Shown here: in pieces, positions 54,329-62,812 of the stretch | How positions within the stretch are numbered: the first letter of the stretch is position 1 | How the letters are laid out: each line of letters starts with the position of its first letter | Origin: Caecitellus pseudoparvulus | Taxonomy: Eukaryota > Protista > Bigyra: Bicosoecida | DNA length: 64,000 nucleotides | Assembly: GCA_965644315.1 (NCBI GenBank) | Contig: CBFFRQ010000069.1 | Span: forward strand, 1,240,001 to 1,304,000 | Direction of reading: 5' to 3' | The notes under the pieces: generated by a model | Database searches by the model: none | What the model was told of the DNA's origin: nothing | What the model saw: only the letters and a program-made list of their open reading frames with translations | Made by a program: the position numbers and the translations under genes

Positions 54329-54645
54329 GTGGATGTCCTCTCTGCTGGCGCCGCCGACCGTGCTCACCAGCAGGAGAAGCCTGCGAGCAGGGACCCCACC
54401 CTGTGCTTGGTCGGGCGCGTTCAGGTGCGTCCTTCGCGTCACCATGCCAGCCACCTGGTGGTACCCGGTCTTGACTGCCGCGCACAACAGTCACTACCGC
54501 TCACAAAACAAAACCAATCCTCACTACAACTACGCACTTGGACGCTCTACAGACTCACCAGCGCCACGTCTCCAGCGCATGCACAGTGCAAGCCTCGCGT
54601 TTCGGCCGCCGCTGCGGAAATTGACCCAGCAACGCAGCCTTTGCA

Positions 54646-56022
54646 ATGGCCGCCAAGCCCGCAGATGAGGAGGAATCGCACCACCTCCTCCAGCAGTACG
54701 TGGAATCGTCGACATCGTCCGACGACGTTGCTCTGGAAGACGCCCAGGCACCCGTGCACGTCCCCACAAGCTGGCGGAAGCACATGGAGGGTGTGGAGTG
54801 TGCCTCGATGACCAAGAAGCTGCCGAAAGATGTGCTTCGCGACCTTCTGTGCGCGCTTCCTGAAACAGTGTGTGTGCTGAACGCACCACGTCACCCCTCG
54901 AGCACGGGGAGTGCGTCCGTCATTCTCCCGGAGCACGGCCCAGCGGCGGCCCTTCAAGCCAGGCTTCTTGGCCTCGCTGCAGACGCCACTGGAAATCGAC
55001 TCGTCCCACACTGCCACCCCGCTGTGACGCATGTCCAGCTTGCCTCAGCCTGCTGTCAAGTTCTTGTGCAGTTGGCGGAGGGCATCAAGAGCTTTGCCAC
55101 TCCATACGGGCCAGGATGCCCTTTTGCTCGTGCACCGCTCGAGGATAGGCAGAGGGCAGTGCTTGGCCTGCTGAACCAGGCCATGACACGAGCCAGCGAG
55201 AGCCTGTCCTACGAGTGCCCTGAGAACGTGTGGGATGGGGTGTTGCTGGCAGAGGACCACGCAGAAGTGCTTTTGCGTTGGGTGTCTGGCCTAGACATCG
55301 TCCGCGCAGTGCCGTTGCGCGAGCCAGTTTGGAGGCAAGGGGCGCTGGAGTGCTTCGCAGATGATGTCGTGCAACACTCTGAGGAGCATGAGGTGCTGTG
55401 CTTCCGGCACCTGATGGAGGCTGCGTGTGGGAAGATGAAGCCCGCACATCTGCCAGAGCTGCTTGCCCTTCGGGCCGCGACGAATCTGCCGCGTCTGCCG
55501 TTGGCCTGGGTCCTGCACCAGCCGAGCAAGTACGAGCTTCGGCCGTCACGAGTGCTGCTACACGTACTGTGGGAACAGTCTGACAACCTCAACGTGGCCT
55601 CTGCATCCCGTGAAGTCCACCTGGGGAGAGACTTTCCGCAGAGTGCTGCTAGGCACTGTAGTAGACTTCTCAGGCATGTGCTGAACCAGCACGGAGTGGA
55701 GAAGTGGCTGCAATGGACGCCATTCTCCGAGCAAACAGCTATGCTGGGCACGGCACTGCTGGACCTCGAGTCCTTTGGGAGAGAATTCAGCGCGGGCTGG
55801 GGCAAGGAAGCGGGTGAGGGGGCAGACGACGAACGTGATCAGAGTGCCTCGTATCCACGTAGATTGAAGGCCCGACTCATGGTCACCCGCTCGCGCGATG
55901 CGCTGCTCTTTATGGACGTGCACTGGGAGACTCTGCCTTTGTTTGAAGAGCAAACAAGTGATCCTGCTTGCGTGTGGAGCACCACGAGCGTGCTGTGCGA
56001 CGGCGGTTGCGAAATTCAGTGA
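54646..56022 (+). CDS. Hypothetical protein (458 aa)
   Basis: ATG ORF with globular, helical composition; AATGCA lies 18 nt after the stop. No family recognised. Confidence 0.7.
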   Translation: MAAKPADEEESHHLLQQYVESSTSSDDVALEDAQAPVHVPTSWRKHMEGVECASMTKKLPKDVLRDLLCALPETVCVLNAPRHPSSTGSASVILPEHGPAAALQARLLGLAADATGNRLVPHCHPAVTHVQLASACCQVLVQLAEGIKSFATPYGPGCPFARAPLEDRQRAVLGLLNQAMTRASESLSYECPENVWDGVLLAEDHAEVLLRWVSGLDIVRAVPLREPVWRQGALECFADDVVQHSEEHEVLCFRHLMEAACGKMKPAHLPELLALRAATNLPRLPLAWVLHQPSKYELRPSRVLLHVLWEQSDNLNVASASREVHLGRDFPQSAARHCSRLLRHVLNQHGVEKWLQWTPFSEQTAMLGTALLDLESFGREFSAGWGKEAGEGADDERDQSASYPRRLKARLMVTRSRDALLFMDVHWETLPLFEEQTSDPACVWSTTSVLCDGGCEIQ

Positions 56023-56034
56023 TGGCGGCGAGGG

Positions 56035-56046
56035 TGCATTAATGCA
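56035..56046. terminator. Palindromic TGCATTAATGCA: candidate bidirectional polyadenylation signal
   Basis: Lies in the 67-nt gap between the convergent genes ending at 56022 and 56090. Confidence 0.5.
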
Positions 56047-56089
56047 ATGTGCTCGGTTGGAAGGCGAGGCCGCTGTCGGTGGGGGGTCG

Positions 56090-57382
56090 TCATCTGCTGG
56101 CAGACGCTTCAGAGGTGCCAACGCCTCCCTTCCTCTCGCTACTGCCACTGGCAGAACGCGCGGCGGCGCTGTGGAGAGGGTTTTCATAGGCGAATTCAAC
56201 TCTGCTCGCGTCCTCCTGCGCTTGGTCTAACGCTTCTCCACCTGGCGCGGGGTGATCGGCTTGGTCAGCAGCTTCGGCAGTGGCGGAGCTCACGCGCCGT
56301 TGCCCACGGCGGGACACACAGCATTCGGATCCGAAAGTGGTCCGGCAATGACGGCAGCAGTGCGTATCGCAAAAGTCTCCAGGGCGCAGGAGGTCTGGTA
56401 GCCAAGCAGCAAGGAGTCTAATCGCAGTGACAGCAAGCTGACACGCTTGAACCGTGGAGGCCGTAGAGGAGGATTCAGCTGCTGAGATCGTGGCAGTGAG
56501 ACCATACACGCCCAGGACAAAGGTCAACACGGAATTAAGGAGTGACAGCCGCACCAGCGCCGAGGATAAGCACAGGCGGTGACGAAGGCGCTCATGAGTA
56601 GCCACCGCCGCACGGAGGAACTGGCGCTTGACGGTCTCCGCTGCGGTCAAGCGGCGATCGTTGGCATTTTCGGGCACAGAAGCGGGCACAACATTGGGCA
56701 TGCAGCAAAGGAATTGAAGCATCCAGCCTAGCGGACAGCACGAGTCGAACGATGCAAGTGCAGCGCTTGCTTCCACCTCCGCTGCCGAGGAAGTGTGGGG
56801 GAGCTGTGCCGACGACGGATCTTGCCCAGTCGTACCATCGTCTTGGGCATGGTCGCGGCGTCGGTCATAGCACCAGCCCATGTCGAGGGCTGCTGGTAGT
56901 TCTGTGAGCAGCCCAGCTTTTGCAGGCACCAACCTTCCGCCTGCATATACCATTTGTCCCGACAGGCCTGCCGCTCCTCGAGGTGGAAGCGCGTCCCGTC
57001 TGCACGGGCGGGCAGAATACACGACTTTGAGCCATGCGAGCACATCCAAGATTATCTGGATCAACTGCGCGGTAGTGTCTTTTTGAGTCATTGCCAAGCG
57101 TGCAACGTGCCCGAGCCAACCTGCTCCCGACAGTACGAAGGTGAGAATCAAGCAGCAGCCATTCAGCTGCTGCCAGCAAGCCGCACGTGCGTCTGCATTT
57201 TTCCTCTGCAAGATGTAGCATTGCGTGCAGGCTTTGCTCAGCGTTTGGCTCGTGCTTTGAAACGCGAAACGCGTGTTTCTCACCTGCCCGGCGTCGGTCT
57301 CACCCAAGCAACCGCAACAATCGTGACAGACTTGCGCACAGAACTGTAAGAGGTTCTTCCAGCAGCAGCAAGAGCCCCTCAT
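56090..57382 (-). CDS. Hypothetical Cys-rich membrane protein with two 2-TM units
   Basis: ORF 56090..57499, first ATG ~57382 (MRGSCCCWK). Contains two hydrophobic hairpins and several CC clusters. Confidence 0.6.
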   Translation of the reverse strand: MRGSCCCWKNLLQFCAQVCHDCCGCLGETDAGQVRNTRFAFQSTSQTLSKACTQCYILQRKNADARAACWQQLNGCCLILTFVLSGAGWLGHVARLAMTQKDTTAQLIQIILDVLAWLKVVYSARPCRRDALPPRGAAGLSGQMVYAGGRLVPAKAGLLTELPAALDMGWCYDRRRDHAQDDGTTGQDPSSAQLPHTSSAAEVEASAALASFDSCCPLGWMLQFLCCMPNVVPASVPENANDRRLTAAETVKRQFLRAAVATHERLRHRLCLSSALVRLSLLNSVLTFVLGVYGLTATISAAESSSTASTVQACQLAVTAIRLLAAWLPDLLRPGDFCDTHCCRHCRTTFGSECCVSRRGQRRVSSATAEAADQADHPAPGGEALDQAQEDASRVEFAYENPLHSAAARSASGSSERKGGVGTSEASASR

Positions 57383-57673
57383 GTCTGGCGTGGCGCTGGC
57401 TTGGGACGGTGAACAGGTGGGTTCAGTCAAAGTGGCAACGCAGCAGCTAATGCAGCTGGAGGACAGCTCGCGCCAGCCGGTAGGTCTCGAGCAAGGCACT
57501 AAGCCAGTGCAAAACGGCTATGAGGCTATGAAAACCATGCATGGCAGCTGGAAACGGAATATATTTCTGGCAGAATGATTGTTTGCGCGCACCAGCGCTT
57601 GGCTGGCCAGCCTGGCGTATTCCGCAGCAGCGCTGGGTGCCGCCAGGAGGAGATCTCCTGCAAGAACCAAGAC

Positions 57674-58017
57674 GTTGCAGCCACACTGCAGCTTTCCTCT
57701 GTCCAGACTGGTGCAGCCAACAGTGTGGCTTCGCTCCGAGGCCCACAACCAACTGCACTGCACTGCAGCCAGCAATCGCTCGCCGACTGCGTCAGACACG
57801 ACCTCGTGGCCGACTGTGACGCCTTCGGCCACTCCGATTTCGTACTGTGCAGCGCCGTGGGCGGCTTCGCCGGTCCGCAGCAACACCCTGCATGGGGAGA
57901 GACGTTCGGCGCCGTTGTCAGCAGCAGCGCCACATGGCGAAGCCGGAGAGGGGGTGGCGGGCTTGTTGCGTGGGGTCAGGGTGAGGCATGGCCACTGGAC
58001 TACATGGAGAATGCACG
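57674..58017 (+). repeat. Degenerate dispersed repeat, copy 2
   Basis: Direct repeat of 53793-54328 with reciprocal deletions. Confidence 0.9.
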
Positions 58018-58500
58018 CTGCCCTGACAGGGTGCGGCGCCTCGCAAACACCTCGGAGCGTGACGGCAAGAAGGCATCATACCTTGCTTGGGCGGCAGCAT
58101 TCAATGAAGGTGCAGCTGTGCGAAAGAAGCTGGCTGGGACACACGTGTCGCACCAGAAGCCAGCCCGAAGCACCAGCTTCCGGGTAATACAGACGGCCCC
58201 CTGGGAGGGGCACACTTCAAATGCGCCCTGGGTCGCATTGGCAAGCGTGCCAACCGGGCACTCCGTGCACTGCGGCATGGCAGCTTCCGGCCCGAAGCGC
58301 ACGGTGCCTGCATCACACAACTGGCACACCAGGGACTGCCCTTGCACAGAAGCAGGGGGGCGTGCATGCCCTTGGGCACATTCGCAGTCCAAGCCATCGA
58401 TAGTCGCGATCGGGTCCGCGCCACTAGCCGCGGGAAGGACTTGCACTCGAAGCATGCTGGTTCCTGAAGCACTGCGGACGCGCCGACCCCCCACGCTGAC
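58000..58500 (-). pseudogene. Fragment of a Cys-rich (Ephrin_rec_like/GCC2-GCC3-type) surface protein
   Basis: 'CQLCDAGT...CTECPVGT...CPSQGAVC...LRAGFW' is present without a signal peptide or TM region, and the segment abuts repeat copy 2. Confidence 0.5.
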
Positions 58501-58631
58501 CTGAGCATGGACACACTCCAGCCCCTGTACAAATTCAGCAGCAGGCGGAAAGAGCGTCGCGGTGCTCTCACCGCGTGCCCTAGTTTGGGTCTCCCTTCGC
58601 TGCATCCTGCAGCTAGGCATGCTGCGGTGCC

Positions 58632-61600
58632 ATGCTCCGCCAAGCCTCGGCTTCGGGGTACTCGGTGTCGTTTTCCCCACTTGCCCCGCCTGAAGAGCAG
58701 CCACGTCCAGCCACAGAGGAGAGCTGGCACCGGGAAGGAGGGGTGGGGCCGGACCCGTCCATGGAGTCGCCTGCACCACTGCACCCTGACCTGGGCCGAG
58801 GTGCCTCAGCAAGCAGCATGACGCAGCAAATGCCGGTCATTGCCACTCAGGAAACCCAGGTCAGGAGCAGCAGCGACCTCTTCCGCCAGCCCAGCACAGG
58901 CATGCCACACGACATGCACCAGCCTCCTGACCTCTCGAAGATACCGGCGCCCACTTCACGGGGTGCTGGAGTGAGTTATGGGACGCTTGCTGCCGCGAGC
59001 ACGCATCACAGATCCGCGTCTCGAGGCCGGGTCGGCTCAGGCCAGGCACGCGAGACGTTCTACTTCCAGCGCTGGCTGGATGTGCTGACAGACCCCAGCC
59101 TGACAGAAGCTGAAGTCGCGAGCCAGCTTCTCAGCTTGGGGGATGACTTCGAACAGGCAGCAAGCCACTTTATGCGGGTACTGTGCGTTTCGAGGCGAAA
59201 CGCCGATCCTCCACGCAAGCACTTGGTTTGCGCTGCCACGCTCCGCAGGGTGTTAGAGCGCTTCCTTCCTGACAGCATGCAAACTTTGAGTGACTTTGAG
59301 ATCAAGGAGGGCCTTGCGGGCGGACGCAAGTATGCCATTCAGAGCATCCTCTTCAAGTTCGCCGTGGCCGACGTGCACAGCCGGAGCAAGCTGTACGGGA
59401 CGGACCAGTACGCAGGGAACATCCGCGTGAGCAAAGTGGCCGCCCACGAACTGAAAGCTGCCAACGCCATCAGCAGGTGTGGTGTGCCTCACATTCACGT
59501 ACCCATGATGGCGCTGCTGGACTACCTTGGCTTCCGAGTCTTCGCAGTTGTGCAACTTCCCATTCACAACGACACGACTCACATCGGTGGCAGCAGTGAC
59601 TCGGGGGTGACTGTGAGGCAGCCCCACAGTGATCCAAAAGCGACAGCCCTACTGCAAGAAGTGGCCTGGGCCCTTAACGTGCAGGAGCACACCGTGTACC
59701 CGCGTGGCGGGGGGGAGCCGGTGTCGGTCATCGGCCCCTTTGACTTGGAAGTGCACGCCATTCCAAGAGACCCACCCCCCATCGACGGCACCCCTGACAA
59801 GACGTACATGCTGCTGGATTTGGCCCGCATGATGCCACCGGACTGCATCCCGGCGCACGCACCCCAACCGTGCGATGAGACCGCCTCCGACCTGGTGCCA
59901 CCCACACCGCACGATCTGCCGGTGACGAGGCCGAGCCTCACATCCATGCTGAGTTCATACACACAGCGAAGTGCCCCACATTCCCCCTGGAGTCCCCCCG
60001 GCCAGCCTGCGCCGGCAGACTCCACCCAGACTCCCACTAGCTCAGCGGCAGCACAGTCACCCCGGGCCAGGCGGCAAGCCGGTGAGGCTCGGCCAGAGCA
60101 AGGCCAGCAGCTGTCCAACCTGCTGAGACCAGAACTCGTGCACATTGCGCCGTGCGCGGTGTGCTCCGACGCTATGTTCAAGATCACTACCCCCCTGCGC
60201 AGCGCAGTGCCGTATGACCCCACATCCACGCAGGGCCTGCCACAGCTGCAGCATGCCCTGCACAACGTGCTCATTCCTGCTGTCGCTGCGCACATGGACC
60301 GAATGGCTGGGGTCTTGCAGCCCATGAACCTTCCCTTCGGGCCCTACGTGCAGTTCCGACAGTCCGGCGGCGTGGGGCGGGGTCACGGCTTGCTGTTTAC
60401 GTCCGCGCTCGTGCACTCGTACGGCGTGAACATCCGGCACATGGGCAGGGTGTACGCTGCTGCCAAGAGCACGTCAGCGCGACGCCTGCTCCTCAGTGAA
60501 ATGGTGGCGCGCACGCTGAAAGCCAACTTGATCACCAAGCTGCAGTGCACGCAGCGGAAGACGACGGTGAGCCAGATGGGCGGCGTCACCCACGAGCTGA
60601 AGCGCATTGCCCTCATGCACTTCTTCTCAGTGCTGTCAGACACACCCCAGGCAGGGAACGCGCGGGGAGAGCGCTTTGCTGCCGCCCTGCATGCCAAGTT
60701 TCCCGGCCTTCCCCCTGTCTCCAAGTGCCTGGAGGACTACCGCGCATTCAAGCAGATGGTGGACGTGCGGGGGGCGCTGGAACGGTGCTGCCTCCTGTCA
60801 GGGGTGCAGTTGGCTGAGCACTTGCAAGAAGCGCTGGTGAGCGGAAAGGACACGGCACTCGTTGGCGACACGGCCTCTGCCGCCGTGAGGCAATCGGGGG
60901 CTGGCGCTGTGCGTTTCGTCGTGAGGGTGCGCCGGCTGCAGCTACCCTTCGTGAACGCATTTACTGGTCGTGTCATGCAGCAGGTGTGGCGAGTCCTGCG
61001 CAGCATTGAGGATGGCTCTGCGGAGGCAGAGGACACGTGGGCAGGCGCCATCAACGTCTCAGAAATCGAGGCAGAGGCTTTGGAGTACTTGCGCGCACAC
61101 GCGGGGTACCCCCTGACCTGGATCCTTGTGGCACAGGTGTACGTCATGAAGGCTTGGATCGTGCAGCGGCAGGCACAAGCGGCGGCAGGTGCTGACCGCA
61201 CGGCGGCAGCTCGGCGGGAAATGGCGGCTGGGTCAGCGCGGGATGCCACCAGCGATATGGCGCTGGGGAACTTGGCCACTGACCCCCAGGACACCATGAC
61301 CTTTCACCAGCCAACGCTGCACCATGCATTCGTCTTGCTCTGGATTGCTGCGACGCACCAGCTCAAGGACGGCGCTCAGTTCATCTCGCCACTCACCTGC
61401 CCGGACCCAGCCACGACTCCAGCACGGCCACGTGCCTCCGCCGCGTCAGGCAGTTTGGCGTGGCAGCCTGAGTGGGAAGACATGCTCAAAGCCACCCTCG
61501 CAGACTGGGGCGTGCCCTGGCCAGCCCTCATTGCGCAGGGGGCTGCCTTGGCAGCAGACTGGGCTGGCGCTCACGCCGCACCTCAACCCACCCAACGCGC

Positions 61601-62783
61601 CGCCCAGCAGCCAAGCGCGGCCCAGGAGCTGCCACCCTGTGCCAGCATGCACTCTCCTGCGACAGTGCTCGCTGCCCGGCGCGAGGTCGCCCTGCGCCTC
61701 GTGCGCACCTTGGCCTTGGTGCTGCGGGGACTTCTCGCGGCGCCCGCGGAGGTGCCCCGCATGGGCCCATGGGTCCCCTGCCAACGGGTCATCCGCACAA
61801 GCACTCACCAAGCCTCTCTCTTTGCATGGCCATGGCTGCTTCATAGAACATACTTTCTGTTGGCAGACACGCTGCACCAGTTCCCTTCCGCGGTGACGGA
61901 AGGTGGGCGCCGCCTGCCCCATGACGTGCGACAAGCCAGCAAGCTCGTGCGAGCCAACGAGCGACGGCGAAGGTGGATGGAACTCACCACTCGGTACCTG
62001 ATGCACGTAACAAACCCCTTGCAAGTGGCCATGCTGCTCATGCTGGCAGTCTGGGGTGTCACCATGTCCATTGTCATGGAGTCCCTCGCAGAAGATGTAC
62101 CGTGGTTCAGCTTGGGCACGGACCACAACCAGGACGAGTACACACTGCTGCAGATCCCCCTAACACTGCAACATGTCTTGAGCCTCCTGAGCCTGGTGGG
62201 CCTGCTCTTTCTCTTCTCCAGCACGCTGCGTCGGGATCCGAGACAAGAGTACCTCCTGTACTACGGGTCGTGGACCAGCCCCGCCAACACCATGCCCGCC
62301 TCCGTCGCAGCGGAGACGTACATCGACGCTCTGGTGCAGTTCCACACTCGGCGTTCGGTGGATGGAGGCGGCCCATCCAACATGTCCTTCACCGACGCGC
62401 ACACTGGGCAAGCAGCCGCTGACACACATGGCGGCAGCGCTGCTAGCCCCCACCACCAGGGCGAGGACCACGTGCCTGCTGTCACAACACCCCAGCGTGC
62501 ACATGCCGCCCTGCACAACCCTGCCGCGTACTCGTGGGGGCTAGGCAGCTGGGGTTCCTCTGCACCCTCACAGGATGTGGCGGATGGTGCAGTGGACGGC
62601 GAGCTGCATGCTTGGAAACAGCTGCCGTTCACCGCTTGCTACCCGGCAGAGGCGTACGACTGGGCCAGCATAGTCCCAGGCAGCGAAGCCAGTGCTTCCT
62701 TGCAGGACGGCGATGCGCCAGAGTCCCCTGAAGCGGACACGTGCGCCTCGTCTAGCACCAGCTCAGCGAGCCCCCAGTCGTGA
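58632..62783 (+). CDS. Clu (clustered mitochondria)-domain protein with two C-terminal TM helices
   Basis: Clu motifs 'HELKA', 'PMMALLDYLGFRV', 'GPFDLEVH', 'LLDLARMMPP', 'LLRPELV', 'HSYGVNIRHMG' and 'EMVARTLK'. Confidence 0.85.
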   Translation: MLRQASASGYSVSFSPLAPPEEQPRPATEESWHREGGVGPDPSMESPAPLHPDLGRGASASSMTQQMPVIATQETQVRSSSDLFRQPSTGMPHDMHQPPDLSKIPAPTSRGAGVSYGTLAAASTHHRSASRGRVGSGQARETFYFQRWLDVLTDPSLTEAEVASQLLSLGDDFEQAASHFMRVLCVSRRNADPPRKHLVCAATLRRVLERFLPDSMQTLSDFEIKEGLAGGRKYAIQSILFKFAVADVHSRSKLYGTDQYAGNIRVSKVAAHELKAANAISRCGVPHIHVPMMALLDYLGFRVFAVVQLPIHNDTTHIGGSSDSGVTVRQPHSDPKATALLQEVAWALNVQEHTVYPRGGGEPVSVIGPFDLEVHAIPRDPPPIDGTPDKTYMLLDLARMMPPDCIPAHAPQPCDETASDLVPPTPHDLPVTRPSLTSMLSSYTQRSAPHSPWSPPGQPAPADSTQTPTSSAAAQSPRARRQAGEARPEQGQQLSNLLRPELVHIAPCAVCSDAMFKITTPLRSAVPYDPTSTQGLPQLQHALHNVLIPAVAAHMDRMAGVLQPMNLPFGPYVQFRQSGGVGRGHGLLFTSALVHSYGVNIRHMGRVYAAAKSTSARRLLLSEMVARTLKANLITKLQCTQRKTTVSQMGGVTHELKRIALMHFFSVLSDTPQAGNARGERFAAALHAKFPGLPPVSKCLEDYRAFKQMVDVRGALERCCLLSGVQLAEHLQEALVSGKDTALVGDTASAAVRQSGAGAVRFVVRVRRLQLPFVNAFTGRVMQQVWRVLRSIEDGSAEAEDTWAGAINVSEIEAEALEYLRAHAGYPLTWILVAQVYVMKAWIVQRQAQAAAGADRTAAARREMAAGSARDATSDMALGNLATDPQDTMTFHQPTLHHAFVLLWIAATHQLKDGAQFISPLTCPDPATTPARPRASAASGSLAWQPEWEDMLKATLADWGVPWPALIAQGAALAADWAGAHAAPQPTQRAAQQPSAAQELPPCASMHSPATVLAARREVALRLVRTLALVLRGLLAAPAEVPRMGPWVPCQRVIRTSTHQASLFAWPWLLHRTYFLLADTLHQFPSAVTEGGRRLPHDVRQASKLVRANERRRRWMELTTRYLMHVTNPLQVAMLLMLAVWGVTMSIVMESLAEDVPWFSLGTDHNQDEYTLLQIPLTLQHVLSLLSLVGLLFLFSSTLRRDPRQEYLLYYGSWTSPANTMPASVAAETYIDALVQFHTRRSVDGGGPSNMSFTDAHTGQAAADTHGGSAASPHHQGEDHVPAVTTPQRAHAALHNPAAYSWGLGSWGSSAPSQDVADGAVDGELHAWKQLPFTACYPAEAYDWASIVPGSEASASLQDGDAPESPEADTCASSSTSSASPQS

Positions 62784-62812
62784 CGCACCAGCGCAGGGTT
62801 TTCAGTGCACCT

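Noticed and set aside
53793-58017. LTR retrotransposon or composite transposon bounded by the direct repeats
   Set aside because: No TG...CA termini, target-site duplication or PBS/PPT was seen, and the enclosed ORFs show no RT, integrase or transposase motifs.
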